A stretch of 63,887 bases of DNA, filler included, from Reclinomonas americana ATCC 50394 (taxonomy: Eukaryota): assembly GCA_048213135.1 (NCBI GenBank). It is 23 parts of 23 records of this genome, joined end to end, with 100 filler letters (N's around TTAATTAATTAA, not from the genome) between each part and the next. Parts side by side here need not be neighbours in the genome. Positions count along the whole stretch, not along the records: positions 52,832 to 55,010 come from AFZH01023108.1; positions 55,111 to 57,677 come from AFZH01023109.1; positions 57,778 to 62,755 come from AFZH01023110.1; positions 62,856 to 63,887 come from AFZH01023166.1; 19 more parts are not named here. The stretch is one strand, 5' to 3'. Below, piece by piece: positions 53,055 through 63,887 of the stretch; the first letter of the stretch is position 1, and every line of letters begins with the position of its first letter. A program made the translations under genes and the position numbers. Under the pieces are notes generated by a model. The model was given only the letters and a program-made list of their open reading frames with translations, was not told where the DNA came from and did no database searches.

Positions 53055-54968
53055 TCAATGCCCGCTCTCTTCCCACCCGAGGTAGATGGCCTCCTTGACT
53101 GCAATGTGCGCAATCGGCCGGTACAGCTGGCGATGTAGTTGCATGGTGTACTGCGAGACGAGAGGAGTGAGTTTCACGCGAGGCAAACGGCAATACAAAC
53201 AAGGGGGTTTACCTCGGGAATGGCGGGAGCATCACGCAATGCGGGAACGACCTTGTTGCGCAGGTAGGCAAAGGCCTGCAGTGGGCGACGCCGACTCCTC
53301 TGCTTGTCGTCGTCGTCGTCGACGATGTCGCTGTCAAGTCGCACGGACACTGCCTGGCGCGTGTAGTGGCCCTTGAATATGCCTTCGTATTCGTCGAGAC
53401 CGGCCAGGGTCTCGTCGCTGACACGCCACACCTCGCCGCGCACGGGGTGGCAGGCGCTGCCGTCGCCGGCACCGTGGTCGCCCGGACGCAGGAGGTACGG
53501 TACGCCCGAGTCGCCAACGACCAGCGGCATGGGCACGAGGGTGGTGGCCGGACCGAGTCGGCGTGCGCCGCGGCTGAGGAATTTGGCGTTCCAGTGGAAG
53601 CCGCTCTTCAGTGTGCCGTACACGAACAGCAGGTGTGGATGCTCCGCGTCGTCTTCAACAACAACAGCGGCGGCTGCAGGTGCTGTTCTCGGCGGAGCGC
53701 ACCACTGCCGCTTGCACCACCAGCCGACGCAGGCAATGGCGGCCAGCGTGCTGAGAAAATTGAGGGCCATCGAGAGCGGCCACTCCTTGAGGTAGAACAC
53801 CACGACGACGTCGACGACAAAGAGCAGCACCGCGGCCGTCAGGGCCACAGTGACGCGACTCAGGGACGACCACCAGCGGAGAGCGGCTTCGCCGAGGGGC
53901 ACGGGTGGTGGGGGTGGTGGTCGCACGGCGGCCGGGTACCACTGCGCGTAGTGTGGCACGTCACCCTGCCAGCGCATCTCCCAGTTGACCTCCACCAGGT
54001 CGCCGAGGTGCGGGTGCAGCTTGTCGTTGAGGCGGAACTCGAATGGACCTGCGGCGGCACAAGCAGGCCAAGCGTGAGTGGGTGATGGAGAAGGGTGGCA
54101 TGACTACAGGGAGGCGCACCATTTTCCAGCTGTTTCCGGTCATGCTCCCACCGGAAGAGCGCCGTGCCGGTGCAGGTGAGGAACGGACTGATCTCAATCA
54201 GCCGCGCCTTGCCACTGCGCGATGCGGGTGAGGAGATTGAGTGTCGTCCGCGCTGTGCTACTGCAAAAAAAAAAACATACCTCGCTGGCAAGTAGGCAAA
54301 GTCGACAATGTACGAGTCGACGCCCACGTGCGGGTGCACCAGACGCCACTCCTCCATGATGCACTCCTGTATCCGCTCCTTTAGTGGCTCCAGGTGCGGG
54401 TACACGGCGTAGTGGTCGTACTGCAGAGAGAGCGAGTGGGAGTCGATCAGCCACAAAGACAGGGCATGAAACACACGTTGTGCACACCCACCTGCGACAT
54501 GGCGGTGACCTGCCCTCGCGACACAAACACGCGGAACTCATAATCCAGCGTCATATCCTCCTCCCAACACCGAAACACCAGCTGCTCCGGCTCACCATAC
54601 TCCAGCCAGTCGCGCAAATCCGTAAACACACGCTCGCTGGTCAACAGCAACGCCATGGCCGCGGCACCGGAGCTCACTCGCAAGTAGCGCACTTGCGACA
54701 CGGCCTGCAGCTTGACATTGGCCGGCAACGCCCTGTACTCTGCCCTGTCCATGTCACAGCTGTCGTCGTCACCTCCCTCGACCACTTCCGGCAGCGACAG
54801 CCCTTGCGCGGCGCACACTTGTCGCAGAGCGCGCACGTACTGCCGTCGCACATCATCGCGATCCAGCGGATCTGCGTCCTTGGGCGATCGCCCGCACAGT
54901 CGCATGAATGCTCCACTGGCCAGCCGCTCATCGCCTCGCAGCAGCACGTCGATCGTTGACTCCAGGTT
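53055..54968 (-). CDS. Cdc123-like (R2K) ATP-grasp + 2 TM + gamma-glutamylcyclotransferase fusion, 5' partial
   Basis: Exons 54968-54492, 54420-54281, 54214-54120, 54048-53213, 53150-53055, all GT-AG, give 547 aa in frame. Motifs FMRLCGRSPKD, SERVFTDL, EFRVFV, SQY, YIVDF, IEISPF, ALFRW; LFVYGTLK, PYL, GEVW, LDEYEG. Confidence 0.85.
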
Positions 54969-55110
54969 CTGCAACGCGACAAGGTCATGACTTGACTTGA
55001 CAGATTCACANNNNNNNNNNNNNNNNNNNNNNNNNNNNNNNNNNNNNNNNNNNNTTAATTAATTAANNNNNNNNNNNNNNNNNNNNNNNNNNNNNNNNNN
55101 NNNNNNNNNN

Positions 55111-58606
<3,496 letters not shown>

Positions 58607-58703
58607 TCTTCTTCTCTCTGCTTCACGCCTGTCAATGCAATCGATGTCGACCTTCGGCGATTTGTCCAGCTAGGGCACGATCGATCGACTTCGCCTTCAG
58701 TTT

Positions 58704-61700
58704 TTACTCTGTTGAGTCGTCGTCGTCGGTGAATGCGTGTGTCGCGGCGGCGCGCTGGAGGATGCGATCGCGCAGTGTGTCGCGCAGGCTTCGTTGTGGC
58801 GGCTGTTGTTGTTGTGGCGACGCGGGCGATCGTTGCGGTGGAGGTACTCGGCGGCCCCAGCCTTGTGGCGACGTCGGTGGCATGGTGCGCATGGCGATGG
58901 GATCGCCGCTGCTGCCGGCGGCGGCGGCGAGCGTCGTGGCGTTGCGAGCGAGAGGCAACTCGCTGGGTAGTTGCACCGGTGGGAGCGGAAGTGCGGCGGC
59001 GGCGGCGGCGGCGGCATTCACGGCGTTGGGGTGTGTGCCGCGGTTGCGTTCCTGTTGCAGGCGAGCGTGTTGGAGGCGCTGTCGGAAGTTCAGCAACACC
59101 TGCTCGCGGCGCTCCGGCGACAGCTGGCTCACTGTGGGCGATGCAGTCGATGGCCGCACAGGCGAGGGACTGGCAGAGATTGGAGAAAAGGCGCTGGAGG
59201 GGCGGAGAGAGAATTGTGGCGGCTGCGGTGGCTCGGGTCGCTGCAGTCGCGGTTGCCGCAGACCGGGCGGTTGCAGATCGGCGAGTGGTGCGGGTGGCTG
59301 CAGCGGAGCAAACGGCGACGCGTGTGCCAGCAACGAGGCACCCGACGACGACGACGACGATGTCGGTGGTGTGCCACGCGCCGCCGCCGTCGACTGTCGG
59401 AGCAGCTGCGCCGCGTCGCCGGTGCTTGGCGGTCGATACACAAAGGCCAGTGTTTTGGCCTGCACAGAGATGCACAAGGTCAGTCGAGATGGTCATTCAC
59501 ATACACGTTCCACACTGTCGTGAACAGCATCACCTCCAGCGGCAGTCGTGGCGAGAGACGGCCGAATCGACCGGCGGGAAGCGGCGGTACCACGGGCGAC
59601 TCGGGGAGCGACGGAAGCACTCGCAAGTGGTACGGCAACTCCGCAGCTGATGACAGCGGAGGAGTCGTCGCGCGGCTGCTCCGCCCGCTGCCGCCAGTGC
59701 TCTGATCCGCCGGCAGGCGCATAATGTTGACTGCCGTAGGCATGAGCGCGTGAGTGAGATGAACACACAAAGTAACAAAAGGAAGAGTGCGCGCAACGAG
59801 TCTCCTCCAGTCCAGGCCGTGGCTCTGTGGCCGCGACTTGTCGCAACGACTGCGATGCACGCAGAAGCGGCTCTGCCGTCGAATTCTGCGAATGCATTGT
59901 GAAAACCACGGCCAGCGAGATAATAACCACCACACATAACGCACTTGGTGCACACTCCGGTAGCGTCGCAACTCGGGCTGCAGCGTGGGCTGCGCCGACG
60001 AATCAGCACCAAACTTCACCGCCGACATGGTCGACGGCAGGTACAAGGCACTCGACGAGGCCAACTCTGCGCGCCGAGGCGAGTGCGTGAGTGAAGAGCC
60101 GCGACACGACACTTTCACAGCGCGAGGCACAAACCGACACCGCGAATCTGGTTGCGCAGACGATCGAGGCACCAGAAGAGCGAATTGAGGCGAGTGATGG
60201 TGCCCTCGAACAGGTCGCGCTCATCGTCGCTGCACGAGCACACATCAGTCAGCAAGCAACGAATACCGCCGCATCCTCGCCGAGTGCCGACGCAACAACA
60301 TGTGGCGATGCAGGATGCCCTGGATGGTGGAGAAGAGAACAGTCGAGTACGAGAACACCACCGGCACGTGTTTGCTGTCGAGTGTGGGTCTCTCGTCTTC
60401 CTCGATGCGCATGTACTCGAGCACTGGAATCTGTCCGTGCAAGACGCGGCGGAAGGCGACCGTGGGCGGCAGGGTGCGACCCTCCGCCACCACGATCTTG
60501 CCGTTGAGCTGGAAATCCTGCACCGGATCAAGCGGGTCCTGCAGTTGCACGCCAAAGGTGAGCAACACACAACAATGTCACACAGCCAGCCACAGGACTC
60601 ACCGGCGGTGGTTCTGGAACCGAGGTGTGATGTCCTTCGATGAGAATGTTGCCACGAATGTAGTAACGTGCGGCGGTCAGCACGGGCACATCGACTGCGT
60701 TGGGCACTGTCCGCTTGAGGAACTCATTCGTGTCGCGCAACAACGGGTCGATGGACGACGCCATGATGAAACCGCAGCCAGAGGGATCGTACTTGCGCCA
60801 CAGCAGCTTGAAACTGAAGCGCGGTGAGCAGTGGAAGGGATGCGCACATCTACAAGTATCGCCAACTCAACTCCTCAAACATGAGTTTCGCGAGTACGTT
60901 GCACGTTCGTGAACTCAGCCACTGGAATTGCTCCAGCAGGGCGCCGACAAACAGGGCAATGACTAGCGAGGCGGCAAAGACGCGGAATGTGACAAAGTAC
61001 AAGCTGGCAAACAGCGATCCGCAGTCGTTGGTGCCGTCGGGATAGTAAGTGCACGCCGGAGCGTGGATGGCGCAGTCTGCGTGGCGGGCGGTATGAGTAA
61101 CAGTTAGCCAAACAGAAGAAGGGGGCACGGGGTGGCGTACCTGACATGAGGTTCTCCCAGTCTTCGCCCGTCGACACGCGAATCAGTAGCAGCACCGCGT
61201 TGGTGAATGTCTGGAAGTTGACTTGCCGCATCACGTGCGTGCCGTAGCGCGTCGAGCCGCACATCTCCATGCCCATCACAGCGTACAAGAAGAAGACAAC
61301 GACGAGAAGCATGAGCACTTCGCCGATCGAGGCCAGACTGGCCCTGTTCAAACAAAAGCATACAAGTGTTTTTAGTCGACTTTACATGTATGAATGTATG
61401 TGTGCTTGCAAATGGATACAAACCAGGTGGCCTTCAGCAGAATCTTGAGCCACTGGAAGCGCTCAAGGAGGCGGAGCAGGCGAAGGAAGTTTGTGACGCG
61501 ATACAGTTGCAACCCTGCATCAAAGAGTGTCACCAAGATGGTATCCAGAGAAAGCAGCGTTGGAAAAACAAGTCATGAGTTACCTGCCAGGGCAGTGCCG
61601 ACCCACTCGAAATGCGCCCACTGCATTCCGAGTGCCACCCAACTCGTGACCAGGACGACAAAGGCGAAAAGGTTCCAGCGAATGCTCAGATACACACGCA

Positions 61701-62498
61701 GGCCGAGTCCAAACGACAGCACCAGCATCTCCATCGTGTACACCGCCAGGAAAAATGTGATCAGGGATTCTGTGCAGGGAGGCACGGTGAACACCTCGGC
61801 ACTGAGCGCCCAACACTAGAAAAGGTGCAACAAAAAAACGCAACGACGAGTGGTTGTCCAGTAGCCCGGCTCCTGCCAAAACTGGGAGGCGCAGATGCAC
61901 ACATCCACAATCAAGGTGATGGTGATGCACCGATAGAACCTGGCGTAGGCGCGACTGCCGGTGACGGAGAATGCACCGAATTGGTGATGCAGCCACTTGC
62001 CTAGGGCCGTGGGCGGCGGTGCACGGAAGGTGCCGAGGCTGACCAAGTTGAAGAGCGTACGCAGATTCAACCACAACTTGCGTTCGCGGGTCATGCCGAG
62101 GTTGGCGGTGCGAACATCGTTCATGGCGTCAATCACCACACCAAAGATCTGAGCGCCCCGATCGTGTGAGTACAACGGCATCCTTATGCAAGGTGAAATT
62201 CACCGCGGGGGCGACGCAACGATGCGGAAAAAGTAGTAGCTGCTGAGGAAGACGTAGGCGAGGGCGTATGCCGAGTTGACCATGGAGTAGTCCTGCTGCG
62301 GCTGCTTCCCAGGCCCCACAATATCCATCGTGGAGAACATGATCGGCGTCCATCCTTCCAGGTTGGCGATGATGAAGAGGGAACTGGCGGCCTGGTACAC
62401 ATTATCGAAATTGTTGTCTGCATTGCTCCACACGCGCGGCGCAATCACGCCCAGATCATTGGCGTAGACACCGCTGCACGAATCCTCTCCGTCGACAT
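58704..62498 (-). CDS. Four-domain cation channel alpha subunit (NALCN/Cch1-like): domain III pore, domain IV, C-tail; 5' partial
   Basis: APRVWSNADNNFDNV...ANLEGW; S4 YRVTNFLRLLRLLER; RQVNFQTF...RVSTGEDWENLM|DC...NDCG; WRKYDPSGCGFI. Joining of the distal tail exons is less certain. Confidence 0.85.
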
Positions 62499-62624
<126 letters not shown>

Positions 62625-62649
62625 CGACGACGACGACGACGACGACGAC

Positions 62650-62705
<56 letters not shown>

Positions 62706-62718
62706 TACGTACGTACGT

Positions 62719-62755
<37 letters not shown>

Positions 62756-62855
62756 NNNNNNNNNNNNNNNNNNNNNNNNNNNNNNNNNNNNNNNNNNNNT
62801 TAATTAATTAANNNNNNNNNNNNNNNNNNNNNNNNNNNNNNNNNNNNNNNNNNNN

Positions 62856-63484
62856 GTCCACTCGACCTCCGCTGGGCTGACGAGAACGTGCCGGCGATCG
62901 TGCAGGCGTGGTACCCGGGGACCCGGGCCGGCGAGGCGGTGGCATCCGTGCTTCTGGGCGCGACGAGCCCGGCCGGTCGCCTGCCTTTCACATGGCCGCG
63001 GCATGTCGGGCAGGTTCCGCTCGTCTACGCACACAATCGCACCTTCCTCCCGGAGGAAAACGACGCGCGGTACTACGAGGAATCGAACGCACCCCTCTAT
63101 CCGTTCGGTCACGGACTGTCGTACTCGACGTTCGAATACAGCGATCTGCAGCTGGACCGGTCACGCATCTCGCGAGGCGAGTCGACCTCGGTCAGCGTCG
63201 TCGTCACGAATATCGGCGGTCGGGAGGCCGACGAGGTCGTCCAGCTGTACATTCACCAGCGACACGGGACATCGACGCGTCCGGTGCGAGAGCTGAAAGG
63301 CTTCCGCCGCATCACGCTCGCAGCCGAGGAGTCGCGTCGCGTCGAGTTCGAACTCGGGCCCGATCAACTCCAGTACTGGAGTGCTGTCACTTCGTGCACC
63401 ATCCAAGACGCCACGACCTTCGATGTGGCGATCGGCGGCGACTCGACCGCGCCATTCGCGGAAACGCTCACGGTGACAACATGA
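62856..63484 (+). CDS. GH3 beta-glucosidase C-terminal + Fn3-like domain, 5' partial
   Basis: AWYPG, PAGRLPFTWP, PLYPFGHGLSYSTF, EVVQLY, RPVRELKGF. Confidence 0.95.
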
Positions 63485-63887
63485 CCGACCGACCTGCTGC
63501 GTTCGGATGGGCGATCCTCGGGACGGGAACCGTGTCGCACTCGGTGGCTTCCGACCTGAGCGCCGTCGATGCAACGCGGCGGGTCGGCGTCTGGTCACGC
63601 GACGCGGAAAAGGCCGAGTCGTTCGCAGCGATGCATCGATTCGAGCGAGCATTTGATTCGATCGACGATGTGCTTGCCGCGCCGGTCATTGACATCGTCT
63701 ATATCGCGACACCGCACGCAACGCACGCCCGTCTTGCGATCGCGTCCCTCGAAGCGGGAAAGCACGTACTCGTAGAAAAGCCGATCGGCGTCAATGCCGA
63801 CGAGGCCAAGGCCATCGCACGGGCGGCGGAAGCGAACGGTCGTTTCGCCATGGAGGCGATGTGGATGAGATTCGCGCCCGCGTATGT
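63481..63887 (+). CDS. Gfo/Idh/MocA-family oxidoreductase, 3' partial
   Basis: WAILGTG, VYIATPH, GKHVLVEKP, MEAMWMRF; ATGA coupling. Confidence 0.93.
   Translation, partial: MTDRPAAFGWAILGTGTVSHSVASDLSAVDATRRVGVWSRDAEKAESFAAMHRFERAFDSIDDVLAAPVIDIVYIATPHATHARLAIASLEAGKHVLVEKPIGVNADEAKAIARAAEANGRFAMEAMWMRFAPAY

Overview
This window is not one genome. It is a pseudo-molecule of 23 contigs joined by 22 identical 100-bp spacers (N44-TTAATTAATTAA-N44, stops in all six frames), from at least three organisms. (1) An intron- and microsatellite-rich microbial eukaryote (1-6813 and 52832-62755) contributes an orphan 7TM protein, class I aldolase, MCM6, a NALCN/Cch1-like four-domain cation channel, and a Cdc123/R2K ATP-grasp + 2 TM + gamma-glutamylcyclotransferase fusion. 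(2) A high-GC alphaproteobacterium, Hyphomicrobiales-like (6914-21789), contributes ABC efflux + TetR, glpX, an agmatinase, small secreted proteins, an IS3 scar, an MFS transporter, tRNA-Tyr and a TPR-GGDEF cyclase. (3) An actinobacterium, Microbacteriaceae-like (21890-52731 and 62856-63887), contributes ~31 kb of catabolic operons plus a GH3/oxidoreductase pair. Homopolymer frameshifts, overlapping contig ends and TACG-flow tails point to 454 sequencing. Best novelty candidates: the spliced R2K-TM-GGCT writer/eraser-like fusion, the protist NALCN-like channel with E/E filter residues, a leaderless Arg-rich uORF attenuator, a pair of C-x22-C secreted microproteins, and a flavin reductase-GntR fusion in an uncharacterised catabolic cluster. 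All family and taxon calls are by motif recognition; no searches were run.
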